Source: Microcoleus sp.
GTDB lineage: Bacteria > Cyanobacteriota > Cyanobacteriia > Cyanobacteriales > Microcoleaceae
NCBI GenBank assembly: GCA_052279835.1
Contig: CP181291.1
Location: 2,880,001 to 2,944,000 of the forward strand
DNA: 64,000 nucleotides
Direction: 5' to 3'
The translations under genes and the position numbers were made by a program. Shown in pieces: positions 20,641 through 32,881 of the stretch. The notes beneath the pieces were generated by a model. It had not been told where the DNA came from. It was given only the letters and a program-made list of their open reading frames with translations, and searched no databases. Position 1 is the stretch's first letter. The number at the start of each line of letters is the position of its first letter.

Positions 20641-21732
20641 ATGACTAATGACTATTCCGATTTTTGGCTTCAACTGCGTGCCTCAACAGAGAAATTATTG
20701 CAAAGATTAGACTGCTTCGATCGAGCACAGGTATTGGCGATCGGAGATTTGACCTTGGACGAGTTTGTTACCGGACAAGTAGAGCGAATTTCCCGCGAAG
20801 CACCTGTGTTGATTTTGCGCTACGAAAATACTCGACAAGTACCGGGAGGAGGCGCAAATGCTGTCTATAATTTAGCGAAACTGGGAGGCAAAGTAAAAGT
20901 TGCTGGCTTGGTAGGAAAAGATGACCAAGGAAAGGCTTTGTGCGGTATTTTTGAGGCTGCGGGAATTGATACGACGGGGATTTTCATCGATGCGCAGCGT
21001 CCAACAGTGACTAAAACTCGTATTTCGGGACACGCGCGGCAGTCGGTGACTCAACAAATTGTCAGAGTCGATCGCAAATCGGATGAGTTGCCGGATTTGG
21101 ATTTGCAGTTACAATTAGCAGATTATATCCGGCAACAAATACCGACTGTAGATGCGGTGGTTTGTTCGGACTATGGTGATGGAGTTTTGACTAATTTGGC
21201 GATCGCATCAGCCGTAGTTCCTGATAAAACAATTGTCGATGCTCAAACAAATTTGCAGCGATATTCGGGAGCGATGTTGTTTACTCCCAACTTGCCAGAA
21301 GCCGAACAAGCTGTCGGATATAGTATTAATAATTATTCAAGCTTAATGCAAGCGGGACGGGATTTGTTGACTTTAACTAAAGCTCAAAAAATCCTGATTA
21401 CTCGTGGCGAAGAAGGGATGAGTTTGTTTGAAATAGTGAAGCAAGAAACTATCAAAAATTCACCGCCTCCAACATTTATTTGCCCACAAGGGGAGTTTGA
21501 TATTCAACGTTGGGATATTCCCCCGTTTAATAAGACGGATGTATTTGATGTCACAGGTGCTGGGGATACAGTCGTAGCGGCGATGACTTTAGCTTTGTGT
21601 GTCGGTGCGTCGGGTTGGGAAGCGGCGGTTTTGGGGAATTTGGCGGCTAGTATTGTGGTGCGCCAATTCGGTACGGCGACGACTACAACAGAGGAGATGA
21701 AACAAGCTTTGGAAGCCCTCGATTATGAGTAG
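20641..21732 (+). CDS. PfkB-family heptose 7-phosphate kinase (RfaE/HldE domain I)
   Basis: GDLTLDEF, RISREAPV, GGGANA, DVTGAGDT. Confidence 0.88.
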   Translation: MTNDYSDFWLQLRASTEKLLQRLDCFDRAQVLAIGDLTLDEFVTGQVERISREAPVLILRYENTRQVPGGGANAVYNLAKLGGKVKVAGLVGKDDQGKALCGIFEAAGIDTTGIFIDAQRPTVTKTRISGHARQSVTQQIVRVDRKSDELPDLDLQLQLADYIRQQIPTVDAVVCSDYGDGVLTNLAIASAVVPDKTIVDAQTNLQRYSGAMLFTPNLPEAEQAVGYSINNYSSLMQAGRDLLTLTKAQKILITRGEEGMSLFEIVKQETIKNSPPPTFICPQGEFDIQRWDIPPFNKTDVFDVTGAGDTVVAAMTLALCVGASGWEAAVLGNLAASIVVRQFGTATTTTEEMKQALEALDYE

Positions 21733-21952
21733 TCTACCACACAATATTTTCTAAAAATTAGTGTTACAAATAAAAGTTATGGAAAAAAGCGAGTTAATGG
21801 TTTATTTTAAGAGTGTTAATCCTAGCAAAAATCTGCAAATTCAACCCTTAACACTCGCTGGGAAGCAGATTGAAGACTTAATTTAACCAGACGATCGCTG
21901 TTCACAAAAAATCCTTGAGGCAAGTATTTGTCAGCCACAAGAAGGAGACTGG

Positions 21953-24900
21953 ATGACCCATCATAACCAAAATCACTATCTGCCTTCAGGGGGTGGCTTA
22001 GCTGACAACCACCAAAAGGCAACAACCGAAGCAGATGTCGCCATCTCCTATGCACTGGCCGATCGCCTAGCCAGACAACCAGATTTCGCGGCCGAAAACC
22101 AAGCCCTTCATACTCTGGCTCAAAAACTGACCGATGACCCCCTCTCGATTCTGAAAACTGTGGTTGAGATGGCACTGGACTTAGGTCGAGCAGACACTGC
22201 TGGGGTCAGCTTGCTGGAGACTTTAGCTGATGGTACTTCTGTCTTTCGCTGGGTGGCGATCGCCGGTGCATTAAAATCTTGGGAACAAACCACAATCCCA
22301 GCCAAATTTAGTCCTTGTACTGCGACGATTCAGGGCGAAGGAGCGCAACTATATGCGCGTCCAGAACTCTATTTCACCTACCTACATCATCCACAGTTTC
22401 CGATCGCTGAAAGCTTGCTATTTCCGATTAGGGCGGGCGATCGAAAGTTAGGCACTATATGGCTGATTTCTCACAATCAGCAGCGTCAGTTCGATCGTGA
22501 AGACGAACGGTTAATCACCAGTCTGGCAAGCTTCAGCGCCGCTGCTTTGCAAAATATTCATCTGCGTCAGATGGCTGAATTGGCCTTGCAGCAAGAGCAA
22601 ATGGCGCGGCGAGAAACAGAAGCCATCCGTGAAGCTTTCGCCGAAGCCCTTCCAGGGAATCTCCATCTGCTTGAAAATATTAGCGATCGCCAGCAAGCAG
22701 AACTGCTGCTGGTAGAGGAGAAAAGACTGCTGGAACTAACTGCTACCGGGAAACCCCTGGAGGAATGTTTATCGGCTTTGTGTACCTCCGTGTCGAAGTT
22801 GAATCCCCAAGTCCGCGCCTGCATCCTACTGGCGGATGCGACGCGACAAACGTTTCACAACTCGATCGCCCCAGATTTTCCGACGGACTTTGGTCTAAGA
22901 CTCAAAGATGCGCCCATTAATGAACTGGCGATCGGGACCTGTGGAGAGGCGGTATATCGCGTTCGGCCTATCAACTGTGCCGATATCGCCAAGGACGATA
23001 GTTGGTCCCAGCAATGGCGAGACTTATGTGTGGCTCACGGTGTGCTGGCTTGTCACTCCTGGCCTATTGTGGGCTTAGATCATCTGCCACTGGGGTCTTT
23101 AATGCTTTGCTTTGGTGAGCCGCGGATGCCGACGGATTGGGAATACCGACTCGCTAACTTTGGGACTCAAATCGCTAGTATTGTCCTGGAGCGCGATCGA
23201 GCTAGCGACAGTCTGCGCGAATCTGAAGCAAAATACCGCACGCTGACGGAACTCTCCACCCATCATGTCTGGATGTTGGATGCGACGGGAGAAACTGGTG
23301 TTCCTGAATCAAACCTTTGTGGATTATTTCGGCAAGTCGCTGAATGAGTTGAAGCGGGAAAACTGGGCGGAAAATGTGCATCACCCTGACGATCATCCTC
23401 GCGTCATTCAAGAAATTGCTCGCGCCATGGCCTGTGGCATCAACATCCGTTCCGAACATCGGCTGCGGCGATATGACAATCAGTTTCGCTGGTTTTTGAA
23501 TGAAGCTACTCCGTGGCGCGATGCCCATGGCAAAATCACACATTGGGTTGGTGCTTCGGTGGATATTCACGACAGCAAAGAAGCAGCAGCAGCTTTCCGA
23601 CAAATGTCCGGCGAACTGGAACGAGAATTGCGCAAATTCGATGCGATCGCATCTTCAGTCCCAGATTTTATTTACACCTTTGATTTGTCGGGAAGATTCA
23701 CCTATGTCAATCCGCCACTGCTGCATCTGTGGCAAAAAACAGCCGCGGAAGCTATAGGGAAAAACTTTTTTGAACTGGATTACCCAACCGACTTAGCAAC
23801 CAAGCTGCAAAATCAAATTCAGCAAGTCATCGAGACCGGCAAACAGCTCAAGGATGAGACTCCCTACACGAGCGGATTTGGGACGCGGGCCTATGAGTAC
23901 ATTTTCGTGCCACTCTTCGACGAAAACGGCGCGGTAGAAGCGGTGGCAGGGGTGACGCGAGACATCACCGATCGCAAACAGGCAGAAGCGGCACTGCGAG
24001 TCAGTGAAGAGAAATTTCGCAACATGGCAGACAATGCTCCCTGTATGATCTGGGTAACAGACGAAACGGGCTACTGCACCTATTTGAGCCAAAGTTGGTA
24101 TGAATTTACAGGACAGACTGAAGCAACGGGTTTGGGATTTGGCTGGTTAAACGCGACACATCCAGAGGACCGTCAGTTTACTCAACAGGTGTTCCTGGCT
24201 GCCAATGAGCGTCATGATGTGTTCCGAATCGAGTATCGCTTGCGTGGCTCTGACGATCGCTATATTTGGGCGATCGATGCGGCTAGTCCCTGGTTTGGAC
24301 CTGAAGGTGAATTTAAAGGTTACATTGGCTCGGTGATTGATATTGACGATCGCAAACAATCCGAGTCTGCCTTACGCCAATCGGAGGAACGCTATCGAAC
24401 CCTGTTTGAATCGATTGATGAAGGCTTTTGTGTGATTGAAGTGCTATTTGACCAGAACAATCAGCCGATCGATTACCGCTTTTTGGAAATCAATCCAGCA
24501 TTCGAGAACCAAACGGGACTGCAACAGGCGACTGGTAAAACTGCACGTCAGCTCGTTCCCAATCTAGAAGATCATTGGGTGGAAACCTATGGCAAAATTG
24601 CGCTCACAGGCGAATCCATGCGCTTTGAAAATGGCTCTGAAGCCATGAATCGTTGGTTCGATGTTTATGCCTTCCCCATCGGCCAGCCCCAGGAGCGAAA
24701 AGTCGCGATTCTGTTCACCGATATTAGCGATCGCAAGCAAGTTGAAGAAGAACTACGGCAAAAAAATGCGATTTTAGAAGTGATTAATGAGTCAGCGCCC
24801 ACCCCCATCTTCGTGAAAGACCGGGAAGGACAGATTATTTATGCTAATCCCGCTACCCTGGAGGTGCTCGGTAAATCTGCTTCGGAGGTGGTTGGCTATC

Positions 24901-26300
24901 GCGATCGCGATTTCTATCCCTCATCTGATCTGGGGGAAAGGGTTATGGAAAACGATCGACGCATTATGGCATCTGGAAAGACAGAAGTGGTTGAAGAGTC
25001 TCCTGATGGGATTCGGACTTTTCTGGGCATGAAAGCGCCTTACCGGAATGAGGCTGGAGTTGTGATTGGGTTAATTGGCATCTCCTATGACATTAGCGAA
25101 CGCAAGCGCATTGAATCTGAACGGGAACAAGTTCTGCAACGGGAACAGAGTGCACGGGAAGCCGCCGAAAATGCTAACCGAATTAAAGATGAGTTTTTGG
25201 CTGTGTTGTCTCATGAGTTGCGATCGCCTCTCAACCCGATCCTTGGCTGGGCCAGACTTTTACGCCGTGGTAAGTTGGATGGAGCCAAAAGGGCACAAGC
25301 ACTAGAGACGATCGAACGCAATGCCCAACTTCAATCCCAGTTAATTGAAGATTTGCTGGATATTTCTCGTATTATGCGTGGCAAATTGACCATGGTGCCG
25401 ATGCCAGTGAATTTGTCTTTTGTGGTTTCGGCGGCGATCGAAACGGTACGACTAGCAGCAGAAGCTAAGTCGATTCACATTGAAGTCAATGTGGAACCTA
25501 ACATTAAAAAAGTTTATGGAGATGGGGGGCGATTGCAGCAGGTGGTGTGGAATCTGTTGTCAAATGCGGTTAAATTTACCCCAACAGGAGGAGTGGTGAG
25601 AGTCGATCTCACTGAGACTAAGGGCTATGCCCAACTGCAAGTGAGAGATACGGGCAAGGGTATCAACTCGGAGTTTCTCCCCTATGTGTTTGAGCATTTC
25701 CGCCAGGAAGATGGAGCTACTACGCGCCAGTTTGGTGGTTTGGGATTGGGATTGGCAATTGCGCGTCAAATTGCGGAACTTCACGGTGGCAGAATTTGGG
25801 TGGAGAGTAGGGGGGAGAATCAGGGAGCAACGTTCACTCTGGAATTGCCCATCTTGGACACTGTAAATTTGGCTGAGGAAGTTGCTGACACCACTTTGGC
25901 TCCCTCTAAGGATCTTCTCCTGGAAAATCTGGATGTGTTGGTGGTGGAGGATAACCCGGATTCCCGCGATTTTTTGGCTTTTGTGTTGAAGCAAGCGGGA
26001 GCAGAAGTGACTGCTGTTGGCTCAGCTATCCAGGCTTTGCAACTGCTTTCTACGGTGTCTTTTGATATTCTGTTGAGTGACATTGGAATGCCAGAGATGG
26101 ACGGCTACGCGCTGATTGCTGAAGTTCGCCAATCCCTGGGCGATCGAGTTCGGCAGATTCCGGCAATCGCTCTGACTGCTTACGCGGGAGAGCAAGACCA
26201 ACAAAAAGCGATCGCTTCTGGGTTTCAAAATCACATGGCTAAGCCGATCGATCCCCAAGAAATTGTGGCAGTGGTTGCTCGTATGTGCCGGCGAAATTGA
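21953..26300 (+). pseudogene. Multi-sensor hybrid histidine kinase (2 GAF, about 5 PAS, HisKA, HATPase, receiver) split by a +1 frameshift (or sequencing error) near 23292-23294
   Basis: ORF 21953-23347 and ORF 23265-26300 join as VWMLDATGELVFLNQTF if one A is removed from GGAGAAACTG; H-box SHELRSPL, G-box GLGLGL, receiver SDIGMP. Confidence 0.85.
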
Positions 26301-26406
26301 ACAAGGTTGTAGGGGTATTCAGAAATTTAGTTGGCTTCTGAATACTCTCCAAGTTTGAATTTGAATTTTAAGTTTAAACTGTGCTTAATTCCTATTAGCC
26401 ATATTT

Positions 26407-27093
26407 TTAACTTCCTTCCCCAAACCGATAACCTCTGCCATAGACTGTGTGAATCAGCACTGATTCGCGAGGGGCTTCTATTTTGCGACGTAGCAGGCGA
26501 ATTTGAGCAGCTAATACATTGCTGCTGGGTTTTTCTGCTTCATGCCACAAATATTGGTGGATTTGTTCATGGGTCAGCAATTGACCGGGATGGCGCATTA
26601 AATATTCTAACAACTGACATTCTTTTTCAGATAAGTCAATGGTGCGATCGCCCCGATAAGCTAATTGATTGTCGTAGTCTAGTTGCAAATCACCAACTTG
26701 TAGCCTTCCCACACCCACATCAGCATCAAAAGTCGGAGGTCGCCGCAATAAAGCCCGGACCCTGGCGAGGAGTTCTCGCAATTCAAAAGGTTTTACGAGA
26801 TAGTCGTCTGCACCGGCATCCAATCCTTGTACGCGGTCATCTAGGGTATCTTTGGCGGTGAGAAATAGGACTGGTGTATTCCGTCCTTGCGATCGCAATT
26901 GTTGACAAATTGCCAATCCTGTTTTCTGAGGCAACATCCAATCCAAAATTAGCAAATCATAATTGCCCTGAATTGCTAAATTGTTGCCCGTTGCGCCATC
27001 AAAAGCCACATCAACCCTGTAACCCTCACGGGTTAAAACTCGACTCAAGGGGTCAGTTAACTCAACTTCATCATCAACTAAAAGAATCCGCAT
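26407..27093 (-). CDS. rppA: OmpR-family response regulator (RppA-like)
   Basis: MRILLVDDEVELTDPL, LDWMLP, winged helix ending IHTVYGRGY; symbol is by recollection of the family. Confidence 0.75.
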   Translation of the reverse strand: MRILLVDDEVELTDPLSRVLTREGYRVDVAFDGATGNNLAIQGNYDLLILDWMLPQKTGLAICQQLRSQGRNTPVLFLTAKDTLDDRVQGLDAGADDYLVKPFELRELLARVRALLRRPPTFDADVGVGRLQVGDLQLDYDNQLAYRGDRTIDLSEKECQLLEYLMRHPGQLLTHEQIHQYLWHEAEKPSSNVLAAQIRLLRRKIEAPRESVLIHTVYGRGYRFGEGS

Positions 27094-27203
27094 TCTGATT
27101 TTAGATTTTAGATTGGAACAATTTGTGCTATTGTAGTCTAGGAAAAAGTCCTTTCCCTCTCTAGGCTCAAGCCGCACTTGTTTCCCACTTACCGAGTATT
27201 TTT

Positions 27204-27848
27204 ATGATTACCGTAGCACTTCCCAAAGGTGGACTGTTAGCAGATAGCATTCGACTGTTTAAAGCTGTTGGATTAGACTTCAGTGCTTTTTTGGATTCAT
27301 CTAACCGCCAGCTTCAAATTTATGACCCTACTGGAACTGCAAAAGCTTTGCTAGTCCGAACCCATGATGTGCCGGTTTATGTGGAATATGGTCAAGCGGA
27401 TTTGGGGATTTCCGGCTATGATGTTTTGCGGGAAAAACAGCCAAAAGTTGCCAGCTTAATTGATTTAAAATTTGGTGAATGTCGGCTATCTGTCGCCGTG
27501 AAAAAATCTAGTTCTTACCGCAGAAGTGTGGATTTGCCTCCTCATGGTAGAGTTGCTTCTAAATTCGTAAACTGTGCTAGGGAATATTTTCATAATTTGA
27601 ATTTGCCTGTGGAAATTGTGCCGCTTTACGGTTCTGTGGAATTGGGACCGATTACGGGAATGTCGGAGGCAATTGTGGATTTGGTGGCGACGGGCAAAAC
27701 TTTACAGGAAAATGGTTTGGTTGAGATTGATGTTTTGTTTCACAGTACGGCTTATTTAATTGGTCATCCTTTGAGTTACCGTTTGAATTCCGGTGGTGTG
27801 AATGAGGTGATTGGCAAAATGAGAGAGCAAGTTTTGGCTGCGGTTTGA
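27204..27848 (+). CDS. hisG: ATP phosphoribosyltransferase, short form
   Basis: [29 protein letters not shown]. Confidence 0.96.
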   Translation: MITVALPKGGLLADSIRLFKAVGLDFSAFLDSSNRQLQIYDPTGTAKALLVRTHDVPVYVEYGQADLGISGYDVLREKQPKVASLIDLKFGECRLSVAVKKSSSYRRSVDLPPHGRVASKFVNCAREYFHNLNLPVEIVPLYGSVELGPITGMSEAIVDLVATGKTLQENGLVEIDVLFHSTAYLIGHPLSYRLNSGGVNEVIGKMREQVLAAV

Positions 27849-27950
27849 TTTAGCCGAAGGCGGAAGGCAGAAGGGCGGCGCTTTGCTGGCCCAACTGACT
27901 CAACCAGAATGTAACGGGTAAAAAATAGCAGTTGTAGAACTTCTATTTTT

Positions 27951-29414
27951 TTAAGAATTAAGGTTTTGAGATGCTGGCAATAAACCCAGTTTTTGTTGAC
28001 ATCTTTCTATGTAAAGATTCACCACTGTATCCACAGGGTTTTGGGCTGCTAGTTGCTGGAAATATCCCAAGGCGGCGACATATTTTCCCGATTGCCACCC
28101 TTGAATTCCTTTGTTAAATAGTGCCTGGGTAAGCTGTTTTGCCTCACAGTCAGGACTGGAAGAACTCCAAACTTCATAGATTTCAATAGCTTGCTGTTTT
28201 CCCCGTGGCGTTACTCTATCTATCCAGCGATAGTAATAATTTTTACTGGGCAACTGGCTGTCCATGACTGTTGTCTGAGAACTAGCAAGAATGCTCTCCT
28301 GAGCTTTTCCTTCCAATTCGCACTTTAATAGAATATGTTCCTGGGAATCTGAGTGAGAATTGATGGTGTTGACAAATTCTCTGGCATGGAGGAGGGCTGT
28401 TTCGCTAACAATAATTTTGCAGCCGTATATTTTAGTAAAGTTTTCTAACCGAGAAGCTGTATTAACAACATCGCCAATTACGGTAGAATCCATGCGGCGA
28501 TCGGACCCTAAAGTGCCAATCATGCCTATACCTGTATGAATTCCTGTACCGATATTGACTGGAGATGATAAATTGTATTTGTGGCGATCGGCATTAAATT
28601 CTTGCAAACTTTTTTGGATGGCTACGGAGGCCTCGATCGCATCTCTAGCGTGAGAATTTTGCCGATCGAAAACTGCCATAATTGCATCGCCTAGGTATTT
28701 GTCAATAAAACCTCCGTGGGAACTAATGCAATCACTCATTTTAGTAAATAAAGCATTCAGCCATTCAAAAGTTTCGCGTGCTTCTTGAGATTCGGCGATC
28801 GCCGTAAAGCCGCGAATGTCGCAAAATAAAATTGTCAACTCTTCTTCTGTGACATTGCCTAACTGAATTGATTCTACTCCTTGAGGGGCAATTCGTTCGA
28901 GCAACTGCTCCGGTACAAATAGGTGAAATTTTTCGGAAAGATACTCGTTAGCCTCCCAAGCAGCGGCGATTTGGCGTTTGCTTTGCTCTTTTACCTGCTG
29001 GTTGAATTCCGTTGAGACAACTTGCGATCGCATTTGGCTCAACTGCAAAACACTCTCAACCTTGGCCAACAACAAGCGACTGTTAAAAGGTTTGGTTAAA
29101 TAATCATCTGCCATCATTTCTAGCCCTTTGATCCTAGAGGTATCGTCATCAAGGGCTGTTAAAAAAATTATTGGTACTGTTTGCAAAGTCGGATCTTTCC
29201 GCAGGCGATCGCACACATCAAAGCCGTTGAGTTCCGGCATCATAATATCCAGTAATATCAAGTCTGGTGGATGGACTTTGGCCAGGGAAAGTGCTTCGTT
29301 GCCAGATACTGCGGAAAAAGTAGTGTATCCTTTCAAGTGCAACAATTCTTCGAGTAAAATCAGATTAGCTGGCTCATCATCAACCAACAGAATATAGGGC
29401 GACTTATTTGACAT
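27951..29414 (-). CDS. Receiver-domain class III adenylate cyclase
   Basis: Receiver; FCDIRGFT, DKYLGDA, STVIGDVVNTASRLE (Lys/Thr substrate pair typical of adenylate cyclases). Confidence 0.9.
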   Translation of the reverse strand: MSNKSPYILLVDDEPANLILLEELLHLKGYTTFSAVSGNEALSLAKVHPPDLILLDIMMPELNGFDVCDRLRKDPTLQTVPIIFLTALDDDTSRIKGLEMMADDYLTKPFNSRLLLAKVESVLQLSQMRSQVVSTEFNQQVKEQSKRQIAAAWEANEYLSEKFHLFVPEQLLERIAPQGVESIQLGNVTEEELTILFCDIRGFTAIAESQEARETFEWLNALFTKMSDCISSHGGFIDKYLGDAIMAVFDRQNSHARDAIEASVAIQKSLQEFNADRHKYNLSSPVNIGTGIHTGIGMIGTLGSDRRMDSTVIGDVVNTASRLENFTKIYGCKIIVSETALLHAREFVNTINSHSDSQEHILLKCELEGKAQESILASSQTTVMDSQLPSKNYYYRWIDRVTPRGKQQAIEIYEVWSSSSPDCEAKQLTQALFNKGIQGWQSGKYVAALGYFQQLAAQNPVDTVVNLYIERCQQKLGLLPASQNLNS

Positions 29415-29590
29415 TGAATATGATTGGTAGAGTGTGTCACCGATCGGCAAGACTGATGCCCCTGAAATCTATAAAAATAGCTGAGCTAGTTTCCCTAGCA
29501 TTCAACTTGAACGTCCATCAGGACTTAGGCAATTGTCAATATTTCTCTACTATTGAGTCTAGCCTTTCCCGTAATAAATTGTAATATTTT

Positions 29591-31804
29591 TTAACTAAGA
29601 AAAGAACGGACTGTCACGATCGCCAAATTCAGATCCAGGGGCTTGCTCAAATAATCAGAAGCTCCAGCTTCCAAACAGCGATCGCGATCCCCAGGCATCG
29701 CCATTGCAGTTACCGCAATCATCGGCACAGACTTCCACACAGGATCTGCCTTAACTCGTCGCATCAACTCAAAACCATCAACATCGGGTAACTGAATATC
29801 CATCAAAATCAAATCCGGCAGCAACTCCGGGGCGTTAATCGCCACCGCCATCCGATCGAGCATCCCCGAACCATCAGCAATCATCTCTACCCCATAGCCC
29901 TCCAATTCCAGCACCTCAGAAATCAACATTTGGTTCAAAGGCTGGTCTTCAACCACCAAAATCCGCTTGCTACCGATGGGTAAAGGCATCGCAGAGGCAG
30001 AGCTAAAACCGGAGTCTAGGGAAGAAGCCACAGATATTGCCAACTCTTGACGCATCTCCGTCAAAGGTAGCCAAACGCGGAACCGACTTCCCCGATCGCA
30101 ACTAGACTGAAAAGAAACAGTCCCCCCGTGCAATTCTGCCAGTCGTTTAGTCAAAGCCAAACCCAAACCAGTACCTTCGTGGCGCTTAGTCAGAGAAGAA
30201 TCCACCTGTTGAAAAGGTCGAAACAACAAGTGCCAGCGGTCTTCAGGAATGCCGATACCGGAGTCTTTGACCTCAAAACAAAAATAAGGTGTGCTGGCAT
30301 TTACAGGAGAACAATCAGGGCGATAATCGCCGTTAATTTCATTACCGTAGGCCAAACGCCCGCTGAGTTTCACTTTCCCCTGCTCTGGGGTAAATTTGAC
30401 GGCATTGGAAAGTAAATTAATCACAATTTGTCGGACTCGCCGTTCGTCGAGCAAAACCTTAGTAATGCGGTAGTCGAGTTCCAAAGACAAAGCGATGCGT
30501 TTTTTGTCAGCCCGCGGCTGAATCATTTTCAGACAGTCCGTAGCCAGTTCGTGAACGCGAACCGGCTGTAAATTCAGCTCTGTTTTGCCAGCTTCAATTT
30601 TAGAAAGGTCGAGAATATCATTGATTAGCTGCAACAAGTGCTGGCCGCTTTTTTCAATCAATTCTACGTACTGGACTTGTCGGTTGCTCAACTGTCCGGC
30701 TGTTTGCCGCAGTAGCAAGTCAGAAAAGCCGAGAATGCTGTTGAGAGGTGTCCGCAATTCGTGGGACATTGATGCCAGAAACTCGGATTTCAACTGAGAA
30801 GAATACTCTAATTGTTGATTAACTTGGCGCAAGTCTTCTTGTGCCTGGGCCCGCTCGATGGCGGCTCCCAGAGTCCGACAAGCAGCTTCGAGTACGTCTT
30901 GGTGGAGTGCGGTTTGTAGTTGTTTGACGTTGCGGGACTCCAGGGTTAGTACGCCGATAATTGTACCGTCGGTGGCGGCGATCGGGAAAATGCCCAATTG
31001 ACCGATGCCGGGATGCCGAAATTGCGGCACTGCATTGGGATGTTTGGCATAATCCTCCACAAACAAAGGTTTACCAGTTGCTACTACTTCCCACAACAAA
31101 CCGGTGCCGTAGGGAATGCCTTTGTCGAGGAGTTCTTGCATACCTGCGGCTACTGGTTCCCCGTAACTAGCCAGAAATTGAGTGGAAACTTGGTTAGAAA
31201 TTGCTGCGGCTTGTCGTTCGTTTCCCTTGCCGCTAATCACCTTCACATCTCCGAAAGCGGCATTCATGGCTTCTACTAGATAGCTGAGGGCAAATTGACC
31301 GATTTCTTGCAAACTTTTCGAGTTTTGCAGCCGTTCAGTTAAACCTAGGAGAAATCTCAGTCGCCTGACTTCGGCGTTTAAGCTAGCTTGAGAGTTGTGG
31401 TATATGGTAACATCTCTAAATGTAAATAGCCGTCCGCCGCTGCGGGTGATAGTGGCGCTGGCTTCTAAACAAACCCCATTGGATTGCTCGAAATAAAATG
31501 ATACATTGTCATTTTGAGTTTTTTCTAGTGCTTGCTGAAACTGTTCCCACTGCTGAAGTGACCAGTAACCCCGATCGACTATTTCCGCAAACAGCAAGTA
31601 TGACTTGGGCTTGGTTGCCAGCCATTCTGGGGCGATTCCCCAGGTCCCGGCCAATTTTTGGTTAAACAAAACTAAGTTGTCAGAGGAGTCGAACAGAGCG
31701 ATCGCATTGTCTACTTGGTTGAGAATCAATTCTTGGTCTGCCCTCAACTGCTGCAAGTCTCTCTCCATTTTTTCTGTGTTGGTAGCTCTTAGTTTTGTCG
31801 TCAT
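29591..31804 (-). CDS. Hybrid histidine kinase (PAS, GAF, HisKA, HATPase, receiver)
   Basis: SHELRTPLN, NLLSNAVKFT, GTGLGL, MDIQLP. Confidence 0.93.
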   Translation of the reverse strand: MTTKLRATNTEKMERDLQQLRADQELILNQVDNAIALFDSSDNLVLFNQKLAGTWGIAPEWLATKPKSYLLFAEIVDRGYWSLQQWEQFQQALEKTQNDNVSFYFEQSNGVCLEASATITRSGGRLFTFRDVTIYHNSQASLNAEVRRLRFLLGLTERLQNSKSLQEIGQFALSYLVEAMNAAFGDVKVISGKGNERQAAAISNQVSTQFLASYGEPVAAGMQELLDKGIPYGTGLLWEVVATGKPLFVEDYAKHPNAVPQFRHPGIGQLGIFPIAATDGTIIGVLTLESRNVKQLQTALHQDVLEAACRTLGAAIERAQAQEDLRQVNQQLEYSSQLKSEFLASMSHELRTPLNSILGFSDLLLRQTAGQLSNRQVQYVELIEKSGQHLLQLINDILDLSKIEAGKTELNLQPVRVHELATDCLKMIQPRADKKRIALSLELDYRITKVLLDERRVRQIVINLLSNAVKFTPEQGKVKLSGRLAYGNEINGDYRPDCSPVNASTPYFCFEVKDSGIGIPEDRWHLLFRPFQQVDSSLTKRHEGTGLGLALTKRLAELHGGTVSFQSSCDRGSRFRVWLPLTEMRQELAISVASSLDSGFSSASAMPLPIGSKRILVVEDQPLNQMLISEVLELEGYGVEMIADGSGMLDRMAVAINAPELLPDLILMDIQLPDVDGFELMRRVKADPVWKSVPMIAVTAMAMPGDRDRCLEAGASDYLSKPLDLNLAIVTVRSFLS

Positions 31805-31899
31805 ATTTTTTTAATGATCTGCCAAAAAGTATTTTAAAATTATTTATTTAATTTGACATACTTTGATGATTTTTGACAGTGAGGGCGATCGATCTAGCT

Positions 31900-31915
31900 T
31901 GTGATCTTAGACACT
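31900..31915. promoter_or_regulatory. Putative CRP (SYCRP1-type) binding site
   Basis: TGTGA-TCTTAG-ACACT, 8/10 match to TGTGA-N6-TCACA, about 100 bp upstream of the kinase start. Confidence 0.45.
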
Positions 31916-32036
31916 GGCTTTGGTTGATTAAACATCCCGCACCAACTCAAATAATAACCCGGTTTTTTCGGCAAACCGGGTCGTTAACTGTGCTTTTTTT
32001 TACTGAAATATTCATCGAGATTCAGAGCGATCGCAC

Positions 32037-32750
32037 TTAATGTCGATGAATGTTTTTCGGAAAAGGAATGCCTAAATTTTCATGAAAAACAAGCTGAGTT
32101 TTATACGTCAAGCGGCGGTTAACTTGTTTGATAATTTTTTCCAGAATTCCTTCACCGGTTTTTTTAATTAAGGATTCGGACATCGATCGAATAAATTTCG
32201 GAAAGGAAACTCCCACAGCTAAATCCAGGTTCCACCCAGCAATCGTAATCAGAGGCGGTAATTGAGAGCGATCGGCACCTTGCCAATTTTTGGCAAACTC
32301 CTCCGCAGATACTTCCACCAAATTCATAGCGGAGCAAAAATTAACTTCATATCCCGGTGGCGTATAATTCGGAATCGGAATTGTTTTAATCAAATAAGTG
32401 CCTCGCGCATCAGGCGGTAGTAATTCTAAACCAATTCTCGCTTCCACGCGGTAGCCGAAAGCACCAAAACGCCCGATTAATAAATCATAACCATTTTCTC
32501 CGATCGGCTCAACCTTCATTGGTAAAGCACACTGAGAAAACCAACTCTTATGGTTGTTCAAATGCTGCGCCACCGTAGCAGCATCAGCATACATCTCCAT
32601 GCTGTCTTCAAAATGTGTACTAAACCAAATCAGCTCTACTTCCTCGGAGACATCTGCACCTCCACTCGACGGTAGCTGGAAACTCCCATCTGGGTAGCAA
32701 ATTTCCTCAGAAGTCTCAACGGTTGGATATTCAGCGGAATCCTGCTTCAT
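32037..32750 (-). CDS. DUF1997-like protein
   Basis: WFSQCALPMKVEPIGENGYDL.IGRFGAFG.VE pattern; ATG 32750 has AGGAG upstream. Confidence 0.8.
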   Translation of the reverse strand: MKQDSAEYPTVETSEEICYPDGSFQLPSSGGADVSEEVELIWFSTHFEDSMEMYADAATVAQHLNNHKSWFSQCALPMKVEPIGENGYDLLIGRFGAFGYRVEARIGLELLPPDARGTYLIKTIPIPNYTPPGYEVNFCSAMNLVEVSAEEFAKNWQGADRSQLPPLITIAGWNLDLAVGVSFPKFIRSMSESLIKKTGEGILEKIIKQVNRRLTYKTQLVFHENLGIPFPKNIHRH

Positions 32751-32881
32751 GGTTTGCTCTCCTGTTATAGACGATGCCGATCGATCGGGGGGATGTGGCA
32801 AGTTCGGAAACTCCCTACAATTAACAAATGGATAGTTGCTCATAGCAACAAAATTGACCCTTGTTCAGCATAACTCGACTT

